From Candidatus Adlerbacteria bacterium (GTDB lineage Bacteria > Patescibacteriota > Minisyncoccia > Phycocordibacterales > SBAW01), in the NCBI GenBank assembly GCA_028286685.1, contig JAQBRA010000004.1:120300-184299 (forward strand): a stretch of DNA of 64,000 nt, given 5' to 3'. Shown in pieces: positions 51,436 through 59,416 of this stretch. The position numbers and the translations under genes are program-made. The notes below the pieces were generated by a model. The model had not been told where the DNA came from and did not search any database. It saw only the letters and a program-made list of their open reading frames with translations. The stretch's first letter is position 1. Each line of letters opens with the position of its first letter.

Positions 51436-51845
51436 TATTTTGAGGCTAGATAGGCCTCTATCTTGGCCACGTCTATCAAATCCTTCTCTCTAGCATAAAC
51501 CTCCTTAACCAGTTTTACATCTCGCAAGCCTGCAAACGGCACTCCGTCAATTAGTTCGGAATTCTTTTTCAGCCGCTCAAAAGTCATTTCTGCAATGCCA
51601 CCAACATTTGGATACAGCTCAATAGTCCCCTCGTCATTGGCTACACCCGCCTCCTCTGTCGGGATAATTCTCGGATGATGGTGCCAACCCTCTTTGTTGC
51701 GATACTCATCTAGAAGTTTGGGAGAAACAACAATATCGATATCATTTGTTTCTTTTAACCCGCGCGCTGCTAACGCCGCACCTCCAATTACTACGTACTC
51801 GTCAACTGGAAAGTTATGCTTTTTTATTTCTGAAAAGATATCCAT
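51435..51845 (-). CDS. nucleotidyltransferase-fold protein (cassette)
   Basis: VIGGAAL..RG...T.DIDI and REKDL.D motifs; stop overlaps the repeat. Confidence 0.75.
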   Translation of the reverse strand: MDIFSEIKKHNFPVDEYVVIGGAALAARGLKETNDIDIVVSPKLLDEYRNKEGWHHHPRIIPTEEAGVANDEGTIELYPNVGGIAEMTFERLKKNSELIDGVPFAGLRDVKLVKEVYAREKDLIDVAKIEAYLASK

Positions 51846-51864
51846 AATTTACTTAACTTAATTA

Positions 51865-51892
51865 GCTGGGTGTATGGGACGATGTTGGAACC
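51865..51892. repeat. array repeat
   Basis: Exact consensus. Confidence 0.97.
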
Positions 51893-51949
51893 TTTTTAGT
51901 TAATGGCACCTGACGCTAAAATCCTTTTCAGTACAGCCAATAATAAAAG

Positions 51950-53542
51950 CTATTTTATTGAAGCAATGAATGCCTTTGTTTTTGGTCCGAAGTATCCCAA
52001 AGAAGGAGTGATTCCATTTGTTTTTTGAAACTTAGCAAGTGCTGCTCGAGTAAGCGCGCCAAAGAAATCCGTTTCATTTCCTGCAGACCCAATTCCTGAA
52101 AGTGCCACGGGAGATTCGTGTCCGTTCAAAAACTCTTGGAGCGCTTTCACGTCGTCTCCCGAGAAGCCTGTTTTAAGATCACGCGTAAAAGAAACGGGCT
52201 GCACATCTCCAGATTGAAATACTTGCGGAAAGTTTTTCATCAAGTCTTCTGCTTTTTGAGTTTCACTCATTGCAATAAGATTTTTTACTCGACTCTGAAC
52301 TGAACTTCCATGGCTCGATCGGTGGTGTGGTTCAGGAGTTGGGGTTGCCGTAGGAGTGACCGTAAGAGTTGTCGGTGGAGGAAGAGGCTGATCCGATGTT
52401 AAGGAAAAGAGTACACCATTATTGTTGACTCCACCAAACTCAGTAACGCCATAAATCACATCGCTACTACTTCTGAATAATGTAGCATCAGCATTTTTAC
52501 CATCGGTACCATCAAAGTTATGCAGTACGGTATAGGTGCCAGAGTCAGCTGGATCAAAGGAGAAGACGACACCTTTGCTATTAGTGCCTCCCGAAAATGT
52601 GATTCCATAAAATACACCACCAATCTCAAGAAGAGAACCTTGTGAACTGTATCCCTCAGCAGTATCAAAGTTATAAAGCACGGTATACGTGCCCGAGCCA
52701 GCAGGATCATAGGAGAAGATGACGCCTTTGTTATTGGTCCCTCCTGCGCCTGTCATTCCATAAAATTTTCCACCGTATGCAACAAGAGAATTACCTCCCA
52801 CGCCATTCCCTTCAGTACCGTTAAAATTATGCAGCACGGTATACGTGCCGGAACCTGCAGGATCGTAAGAAAAGATAGTGCCTTGGTTAGATAATCCCCC
52901 AGTGCCTTCCCCATAAAAAACGCCATCCGACAGAATCATCGAACCATAATAAGGTCCCCCTCCTTCAGTACCATTAAAATTATGTAGCACAGTAAAGGTA
53001 CCCGAGCCAGCGGGATTGTAGGAATAGATGACACCGCGGCTATCAGGTCCTCCACTTAGAGTAGTTCCATACAGAACTCCATCCTTCTCTAGAAGAGCGC
53101 CTTGGGGAATTGCGCCATGGGTATCATCAAAGCTATGCAGCACCGTGAAAGTGCTTGAATCTGCAGGATCAATAGAATAGAGAACGCCTTTATTGTTTGT
53201 TCCTCCACCGTCCGTTACACCATAAAAAATACCATTGTATTCGAACAATGTTCCAGAAGGATTCCCTCCCTCAGTACCATTAAAATTATAAAGCACGGTG
53301 TAGGTGCCAGAGCCTGCGGGGTCATAGGAGTAGATGACGCCTTTGCTATTTGCTCCCCCCGCATATCCTACTCCATAAATAATTCCATCTTTTTCAATTA
53401 AAAAATCATACGGGTCTGTACCGGTTAGGGAACTAAAATCATACAGTTTTAAATAGGCAAAGGCAGCGAAGGCGGTATGCGCAGATACTAAAAAGGTGCT
53501 TACGAAGATGAAAAACGAGACTATATAAAAAGATAACTTCAT
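51950..53542 (-). CDS. secreted tandem-repeat protein (GloVer/choice-of-anchor-like, probable beta-propeller) with C-terminal peptidoglycan-binding-like domain (cassette)
   Basis: Signal peptide; about 7 repeats of YG.T..GG..N.GVIFSYDPAGSGTYTVLHNF.G; LQ.FLN and GYFGPKT motifs. Confidence 0.85.
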   Translation of the reverse strand: MKLSFYIVSFFIFVSTFLVSAHTAFAAFAYLKLYDFSSLTGTDPYDFLIEKDGIIYGVGYAGGANSKGVIYSYDPAGSGTYTVLYNFNGTEGGNPSGTLFEYNGIFYGVTDGGGTNNKGVLYSIDPADSSTFTVLHSFDDTHGAIPQGALLEKDGVLYGTTLSGGPDSRGVIYSYNPAGSGTFTVLHNFNGTEGGGPYYGSMILSDGVFYGEGTGGLSNQGTIFSYDPAGSGTYTVLHNFNGTEGNGVGGNSLVAYGGKFYGMTGAGGTNNKGVIFSYDPAGSGTYTVLYNFDTAEGYSSQGSLLEIGGVFYGITFSGGTNSKGVVFSFDPADSGTYTVLHNFDGTDGKNADATLFRSSSDVIYGVTEFGGVNNNGVLFSLTSDQPLPPPTTLTVTPTATPTPEPHHRSSHGSSVQSRVKNLIAMSETQKAEDLMKNFPQVFQSGDVQPVSFTRDLKTGFSGDDVKALQEFLNGHESPVALSGIGSAGNETDFFGALTRAALAKFQKTNGITPSLGYFGPKTKAFIASIK

Positions 53543-53617
53543 ACCAAAATTGAATCAACCTAAATCCTTCAGATGAAGTATATATCACTTTTCGAAGCGA
53601 TTTTACGCTTAAAATTT

Positions 53618-53645
53618 GCTGGGTGTATGGGACGATGTTGGAACC
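53618..53645. repeat. array repeat
   Basis: Exact consensus. Confidence 0.97.
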
Positions 53646-53716
53646 ATTTTGACACACCAATTTAGAAAAGAAAATGCCGCCCTATAGTCCGGAGCGACTT
53701 GCCGCTAGTTTAAAAA

Positions 53717-54046
53717 TTAAATGTGGAAAGAAAGGGCAAGAATAGCAGATTCGCCATTTTCTGTTCGCCGCCAATTCACAAAGGCAGTACTCTCAACTAC
53801 TTTTGAATAAAGTTCTGGGTATTTCTCTTTTAAATCTTTAGCGTTATCTAATTGTAACGTTACGATTTCTCCTCCTTTTACTTGTACCTTGTTCATCTCA
53901 GTATCTAGGCTAGACATGCAGTCAATCCAAGCATTCATATTTCTTCCGTAGTAGTCAGGGAAGCCAAAAACTTCGTAAAACGTATCGTGCAAAGTCTCTT
54001 CGCTGACAATTTTGCCGGCATCAATTATTACTGTTTTCATGTCCAT
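53717..54046 (-). CDS. barstar family protein (cassette)
   Basis: LH..F...FGFPDYYGRNMNAWIDCM motif. Confidence 0.88.
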   Translation of the reverse strand: MDMKTVIIDAGKIVSEETLHDTFYEVFGFPDYYGRNMNAWIDCMSSLDTEMNKVQVKGGEIVTLQLDNAKDLKEKYPELYSKVVESTAFVNWRRTENGESAILALSFHI

Positions 54047-54089
54047 GATTATACTACGTGTCTCGGTCGCGATAATCTCGAGTGAATTT

Positions 54090-54117
54090 GCTGGGTGTAT
54101 GGGACGATGTTGGAACC
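54090..54117. repeat. array repeat, tRNA-proximal copy
   Basis: Exact consensus. Confidence 0.97.
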
Positions 54118-54184
54118 ATTGTAGCAAAAGAAGAAGCGGCTCCTAATTTGGGGAGCCGCTGTATATAAGTCGGAAAATATTTGT

Positions 54185-54586
54185 TCAACCAGGAGTAGAA
54201 GTCCGGACTTCTTCCATAATTACGGAAACCTGTGCGGCAAATTCCGTAGGAAATACTTCCGCAACAAGACTAGGAATATCTCTGCGGATGAATATTTCAA
54301 CTGTCGGAACACGGTCGACTGCATGGTGCTTGATCATCTGACCGTCGCGGTCTTTGCCACACTTTAGATTACTGAAAGCAAGTTCGATTTCCATCAAGAA
54401 TTGAGACGGACAAATCGTATCGCCGCGCAGTTGCGTAGAAAGAAAGTCTGCGAATTCATGTGAGTAGTTACCCACAACACTTTTTGGCCAAAATGCGGAG
54501 AGTTTTTCTTTGATCGGTTCGAGGGGAAGATCAATTTCGTCTTTGGGATCAAGTATCATTACATGCTCCTCTTTGTTGAAGTCCAA
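54185..54586 (-). CDS. hypothetical protein (tRNA-proximal cassette)
   Basis: Lies between the last repeat and a tRNA-3'-like duplicate; has its own terminator. Confidence 0.6.
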   Translation of the reverse strand: MDFNKEEHVMILDPKDEIDLPLEPIKEKLSAFWPKSVVGNYSHEFADFLSTQLRGDTICPSQFLMEIELAFSNLKCGKDRDGQMIKHHAVDRVPTVEIFIRRDIPSLVAEVFPTEFAAQVSVIMEEVRTSTPG

Positions 54587-54620
54587 AAATCACATTACAA
54601 CAAAGTATTTGAAAAGTCAC

Positions 54621-54640
54621 TAGCGGGGAAACATGGTTCG
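54621..54640. repeat. degenerate direct duplicate of the tRNA-Gln 3' end (att-like)
   Basis: tagcggggaaacatggttcg versus tRNA tagctgggagacatggattcg. Confidence 0.6.
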
Positions 54641-54848
54641 GTCAGGCGTTCAAAAGTTGTCGTCACAACTTTTGCCGCACGACCCTGCCTCGCTCCCGCC
54701 TGTGCTCGCGCGGGTCCCGCACTACTTCGAGTACTTCCATTTTCTAAAGCGGAGTACCCCTAAGAAAATTAGGTCGCTCCGGCTTTCGAATCCATGCCGC
54801 GAAGCATCCCATGCTTCGCTTCTCCCAGCTTCATTACTACGTATTTAG

Positions 54849-54919
54849 CTGGGAGACATGGATTCGAACCATGATTCACGGCTTCAAAGGCCGCTGTCCT
54901 ACCATTAGACGATCTCCCA
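54849..54919 (-). tRNA. tRNA-Gln(TTG)
   Basis: Acceptor TGGGAGA/TCTCCCA, anticodon arm GCGGC-CTTTGAA-GCCGT, GGTTCGAATCC; CCA not encoded. Confidence 0.96.
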
Positions 54920-54993
54920 ATACCGCTTGAGAATAGCGCATTTCATGGCATAAAAAAAGCGCCCCGCATCTGCGGGGCGCCCGGGCTTTTGCC

Positions 54994-55824
54994 TTACTGA
55001 GGAAACAGCTCGCTAAGCCGAGTGACCAGGACATAGTTTTTGGTTACCAAGGCCATATCCCTGTCGTCTCGGTAGCCCTGCTTGCTCACATCCTCGCCGC
55101 GATACGTGAGCCGGTGCGAATCGTTATCGATGACGTCGGCAACGAGAATTTTCTTGTCCCTCGTGATGCCGACCTCCATCTTAAAGTCGTCCAGCTCGGC
55201 TTCCACATGGGCCCATGCTTCCTTAAGCGCCACACCCACTTTTTCGGCAAGCTTGTAGATTTCCACCACTTGCTCGTCGCTGAGCTCCAGGTCGTCGATG
55301 GCGATCGTCAGAAGGGGCTCCTGTTCCGCCAAAGGCTTATTGGGCAAGAAGGCGTCCAGAAGCCCTGGGTCCGAATTAAGGACCAGGAGCGGGTCATCGC
55401 AAGGAATGTCGACGCCTCTCCACTTCTGCCCCGAAGTTTTCAGAAAGAGCTCGACTACCGGCCGATCGAATGCCTGCTCCGGCGGCGTGCTCGGATTCCG
55501 CTTGCGGTACGAACTCTTCTCCCTTGCCCGCCACCGCACAACAATCTCGAGCGGCACCATGCGGCAATACGGAGCCACAAACGAATCCGGACCGTCTTGG
55601 CTGATGAAAGCCACGGGGATCCCGCGGCGCTTCAGAAGCTCAAAGGTATTGGCGGCAAGCCGGTTCGAAAGCTTTCCCTTGCCGGGCATGACGTGCCGCT
55701 TCTTTCCGTCCAGTGCCGTAATGGCATCCAAGGAAACGACACGGCACGTATCCGGCTCATCGACAAACTGCAGGATTTGCTTGGTCTTTCCTCTAGCAAC
55801 AAGCCGTGTAGCACCTTGGCTCAT
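54994..55824 (-). CDS. purC: phosphoribosylaminoimidazolesuccinocarboxamide (SAICAR) synthase
   Basis: GKTK, D.ITA.DG.K, MVPLEIVVR, DFKME.G, ADVIDNDS.R and KQ.YRD motifs. Confidence 0.85.
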   Translation of the reverse strand: MSQGATRLVARGKTKQILQFVDEPDTCRVVSLDAITALDGKKRHVMPGKGKLSNRLAANTFELLKRRGIPVAFISQDGPDSFVAPYCRMVPLEIVVRWRAREKSSYRKRNPSTPPEQAFDRPVVELFLKTSGQKWRGVDIPCDDPLLVLNSDPGLLDAFLPNKPLAEQEPLLTIAIDDLELSDEQVVEIYKLAEKVGVALKEAWAHVEAELDDFKMEVGITRDKKILVADVIDNDSHRLTYRGEDVSKQGYRDDRDMALVTKNYVLVTRLSELFPQ

Positions 55825-55868
55825 GGAAGCCTCCTTCAGCGGGTTATAGTGAAGTATCCGCGACTACT

Positions 55869-56924
55869 CTAGGACAAAACCCGATAAAGCGCAAGCTCCA
55901 GCGGGATCTGCGGCAAGGGTGCGCGCTGGGTTTCCAAAAGCGCGGTAATAAGCTCCGCGAGCAGGGTCGAGTTTATCGCCACACCCTCTTTGCCTGCGAG
56001 CTCCTTGAGCAGTTTCAGGTCATCTTCGCCAAATTGGCCCGCAAGCTCTGCCTCCATTTTTGGGGCAAAGCGCAGGAGTAAGATGCCGCGCACCTTGGCT
56101 ATGGCAAGCAGTACGAAAGTCCTAGGCTCCGAGCCAGCGGCAACCGCCTTATGAAAGGCCCCAATGGCCCCTTCGATATCCTTTCCGGCCAGTGCCTGCA
56201 AGAAATCATTAACCGTTTGCGACGATGGCGCGCCCACTACTTTTGCAACCTCTTCCTCAGTAAGCTTCTCATCCGCGGAAATAGTCAGGACTTTCTGCAG
56301 AATGCCGAGCGTGTCGCGGAACGAGCCCTCACCCATAAGCGCCACCAGTTCGGCCCCGGCCGGAGTCATAGTCGTCCCCTCTTTTTTAGCGACATCCAAG
56401 ACAAGCGCCTTGAGCGTCTCGTGCGACGGCTTTTTGAAATTAAAGACCTGGCAGCGCGAGATGATGGTTTCAGGCACGCGATCGAGCTCGGTCGTCGCCA
56501 AGACGAACACGGCATGGCTCGGCGGCTCCTCCAGGGTCTTTAAGAGCGCTCCCCAGGCGTCCTTGGTAAGCGCGTGCGCTTCGTCGATTATGTAGAACTT
56601 GTACTGCGAGGCGAATGGCAAAGTAGACACGCCTTCGCGCAGCTCGCGTATCTCGTCGATGCCGCGGTTGCTCGCCGCATCCATCTCATAAATATCCTGA
56701 TTGTCAGTGCCCAAGGCCCCTGCCAAAATGCGCGCCATGGAGGTCTTGCCGGTTCCGCGCCCGCCCGCAAACAGGTAAGCATGGGCTATTTTGCCGTTTT
56801 TAACTGCTGCCTCCAAGACCGACACCACATGCTCCTGCCCGCGCACTGCCGCAAAGGTTCCCGGGCGATAGGTACGGTACAGGGCCATCGGCGCCCTCCC
56901 TTCAGTTTCAGCCTTTTTTGCCAT
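55869..56924 (-). CDS. dnaX: DNA polymerase III subunit gamma/tau
   Basis: LYR.YRP, GGRGTGKTS, DAASNRGID and LLKTLEEPP motifs. Confidence 0.95.
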   Translation of the reverse strand: MAKKAETEGRAPMALYRTYRPGTFAAVRGQEHVVSVLEAAVKNGKIAHAYLFAGGRGTGKTSMARILAGALGTDNQDIYEMDAASNRGIDEIRELREGVSTLPFASQYKFYIIDEAHALTKDAWGALLKTLEEPPSHAVFVLATTELDRVPETIISRCQVFNFKKPSHETLKALVLDVAKKEGTTMTPAGAELVALMGEGSFRDTLGILQKVLTISADEKLTEEEVAKVVGAPSSQTVNDFLQALAGKDIEGAIGAFHKAVAAGSEPRTFVLLAIAKVRGILLLRFAPKMEAELAGQFGEDDLKLLKELAGKEGVAINSTLLAELITALLETQRAPLPQIPLELALYRVLS

Positions 56925-57048
56925 TGCTACCAGTATACCTAAAAGCGGCCCCTATCCGTAATTAAAAAGAACCATGAAGGCACAAAACAACACCATTGCA
57001 TCAACATGTAAAGTCGCTTAGTATACCGAAGGAAGTGTGGGGAGAGCA

Positions 57049-57543
57049 ATGAAAGACTTCGAGCAGCAGTTAGCACAACACTACGGGTATCTTCGGAGGT
57101 TTGCGTATAATTTTGTCAGCACTCGGGAGGAGGCAGACGACCTGGTCCAAGACACCTTTGTGGCAGCCTTGGAAAGCCAGAGCTTCAGAGGGGAAAGTTT
57201 GTTACAAACTTGGTTGTCAGCCATCCTCAAATTCAAGGCACTTTCGTATCTGCGGCAAAAGAGCAGGCGCCAAAAGACAGTAGTTGACGGATTGGAGTAT
57301 GAGAGCGCGACAGAAACCGTTCCCATCCATGCACGTCAATTCGACTCTATGGCCCTGAAAGAGGTTCTCAACAAGATAAAAGATCTCCCTCCCTTGCAAA
57401 GCGAGGCAATCATACACACAAGGGTCTTTGGGTTCCCCGGGATCGAATTCGCCGACATGATCGGCATCCCTCGAGATACAGTAAAAACGAGGGTGCACTA
57501 TGGCATGAAGAACCTCCACAAGGAGGAGAGTATATCCAGTTAG
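57049..57543 (+). CDS. ECF-type RNA polymerase sigma factor
   Basis: ADDLVQDTF, F.G.S.L.TWL and region 4 GIP..TVKTR motifs. Confidence 0.88.
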   Translation: MKDFEQQLAQHYGYLRRFAYNFVSTREEADDLVQDTFVAALESQSFRGESLLQTWLSAILKFKALSYLRQKSRRQKTVVDGLEYESATETVPIHARQFDSMALKEVLNKIKDLPPLQSEAIIHTRVFGFPGIEFADMIGIPRDTVKTRVHYGMKNLHKEESISS

Positions 57544-57671
57544 TAGGTAGCCAGTAGCGTAAGTAACACCGCACGACCAACATTGTGCGGTGTTTTTATT
57601 TGTCTTAAAGACACTTAGTGCCCGGTATATAAAAAATGGCCTCGTCCTTTCGGACGAGGCCTCGTAGCGTC

Positions 57672-58844
57672 TCAGCTCGCTTTCTTTTTTCCGTTAGTAT
57701 TCATAAGTTCCAGAACCTCAGGCCGGGTCGGTTTCTTAAGGCTACGGATACGGTCCAAGATACCGAGTATCCGTTCAAGGTGTTTAGCCGAAGTCTCAAA
57801 TTTCCGAATCACTTCCTCCACTTCCTCACGAGAGGCATTTTCAAAGATTCGCCGGAACTCTAGCTCGTCCCAATCAACAACCAAGCTGCCTTGCACCGCA
57901 CTTGAGAGCGACGCAAGCACTTCTTTACGCTTAACCGGATGAAAGCGCTCAACCGGCCGGCCGCCGCTAGAATTGCCTGATTTCAACTGGAGCTTGTGTT
58001 CCCGGATGAACTCGATGGCACGATCAGCACTGAGATCGCGCTTAGTGATGATCGCAAGGAGATAGCGCTGCATCATAAACCTCAACTCGCGCTCTCCGGT
58101 TTTTGAGAGATCATCCGGAATGCCGGCCTCAGACTTAGGAGCGTACGATTTGTGCAAGTGGCACAAGTCACCCAGCTCTTCTGCAGTCGGCGCCGGAATA
58201 CCACCAAGCTTGCCGCCCACGCTGATACTCAAGCGCTTGCGCCGGGGCAGTTCCGGATCCAAGAACTTCTGGATTTCCGGCGATAGCTTCGTAAGGTTCA
58301 TACGGTCGTAGAGCTGGGGCGCCGCGTATCCGAATGCCTTGCATAAGTCGTCGACTTTCCAGCCAAGCTTCTGCAGGTCAACGATCTCATATCCCTCTTC
58401 AAGGGGCGTAAGGTCGTCCTGGCCCTTGTTAAGAAGCGACATATCCAAGCGGTGAGTCTTTTCACTCTGATAGACGCGGACCATGATCGGCACCGCCCCT
58501 ACTTGCTTTGCCAGCGCCGCTTCGCGGCGGCGATGGCCGCCCACTGCGATGAAGTAGCAGTTGGCAAATTCAAGGGCTACCTTCGCCCACGGAGCCAGAT
58601 GCCTTGGAGTAAGCACGAGCGCTTGGCGTACACCGTTTGCCCCTACGCTTTCCTCAAGCTCTGCGCGCCGAGCCGGATTCATCGTCTTGCGCGGATTTTT
58701 TGGATCGGGCGCAATATGCACCGGATCCACAAAGCCGCTCTCATTAGATTTAGGCCACCACTCAAGCGGAGTATCTGACACCTCTACCGTATCGCCGCCC
58801 GGGAGCATTACCTCTCTAAGCGTTGACTGAGCCTTTTGAAGCAT
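57672..58844 (-). CDS. ParB/RepB/Spo0J-like protein
   Basis: PDPKNPRK, GGHRRREAA and DLTPLEEG plus HTH. Confidence 0.8.
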   Translation of the reverse strand: MLQKAQSTLREVMLPGGDTVEVSDTPLEWWPKSNESGFVDPVHIAPDPKNPRKTMNPARRAELEESVGANGVRQALVLTPRHLAPWAKVALEFANCYFIAVGGHRRREAALAKQVGAVPIMVRVYQSEKTHRLDMSLLNKGQDDLTPLEEGYEIVDLQKLGWKVDDLCKAFGYAAPQLYDRMNLTKLSPEIQKFLDPELPRRKRLSISVGGKLGGIPAPTAEELGDLCHLHKSYAPKSEAGIPDDLSKTGERELRFMMQRYLLAIITKRDLSADRAIEFIREHKLQLKSGNSSGGRPVERFHPVKRKEVLASLSSAVQGSLVVDWDELEFRRIFENASREEVEEVIRKFETSAKHLERILGILDRIRSLKKPTRPEVLELMNTNGKKKAS

Positions 58845-58989
58845 AGGAAGTCTCCCCTGTCTGAGGTGAAAATTGCGCAATGCCGCATACTGCAGCGTAC
58901 TTCTTTGCCTACTATAGGCGAAGACTCGCCGGAGCGGAAGTGGACAAGAAAAGGCCGCGGCACCTGCCGCGGCCTTTTCAAAAGATATA

Positions 58990-59391
58990 TTATTTCGCTT
59001 TCTTTGCTACCTTTTTTGCGCTCTTTTTAACCGCGGCAACCTTGCGCTTTGCGGCCGGCTTTTGGACCTGTATGTAGGCCCAGCCGGACTTGAGATCCTT
59101 AAGGAGTTTTGCCGCCTCGGCGCCGCCCGCGCCCGCAGCCTTGCCGTAGCGCTTAACGACCTCGTCAACAATTGCCATATAGGTCTCCTTGTCGACTTCC
59201 TTGAGATTCTCTACCGCATCCATAACCTCGGCGCGCGCCTTGAGCATCCAGCTCTTAGCGAGCTTGCGGTGCTTGGCGGCGTCCTTGGCGCCATACAACC
59301 AGTATGCGCCCGCTGCCGCTGCTGCAGTTGCCGCAGCCAAACCTGCTACCGCTACAGTGGTCTTCGCATCAATGCCGGATTTTTTTGCCAT
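58990..59391 (-). CDS. hypothetical Lys/Ala-rich protein
   Basis: AGAYWLYG..A.K.RK..KSWM motif; basic C-terminal tail. Confidence 0.7.
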   Translation of the reverse strand: MAKKSGIDAKTTVAVAGLAAATAAAAAGAYWLYGAKDAAKHRKLAKSWMLKARAEVMDAVENLKEVDKETYMAIVDEVVKRYGKAAGAGGAEAAKLLKDLKSGWAYIQVQKPAAKRKVAAVKKSAKKVAKKAK

Positions 59392-59416
59392 GTATGTTCT
59401 TTAGATTATAAGAAAA

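Larger units (their letters stand above)
47799..54117. mobile_element. integron-like gene-cassette array delimited by 28-bp direct repeats next to tRNA-Gln
   Basis: Repeat copies start at 47799 (degenerate), 48371, 48887/48956 (split), 49647, 50101, 50686, 51108, 51408, 51865, 53618 and 54090; one minus-strand gene per interval. Confidence 0.8.

Noticed and set aside
47799-54117. CRISPR array interpretation of the 28-bp repeat
   Set aside because: Intervals are 270-1700 bp and each contains a whole gene; no cas genes are present in the window
47799-54117. Classical integron attC or Xer dif/pdif sites
   Set aside because: There is no long palindrome or paired RYYYAAC/GTTRRRY boxes and no intI. 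The 28-bp length matches dif, but the arms are not inverted repeats and match the XerC/XerD consensus poorly
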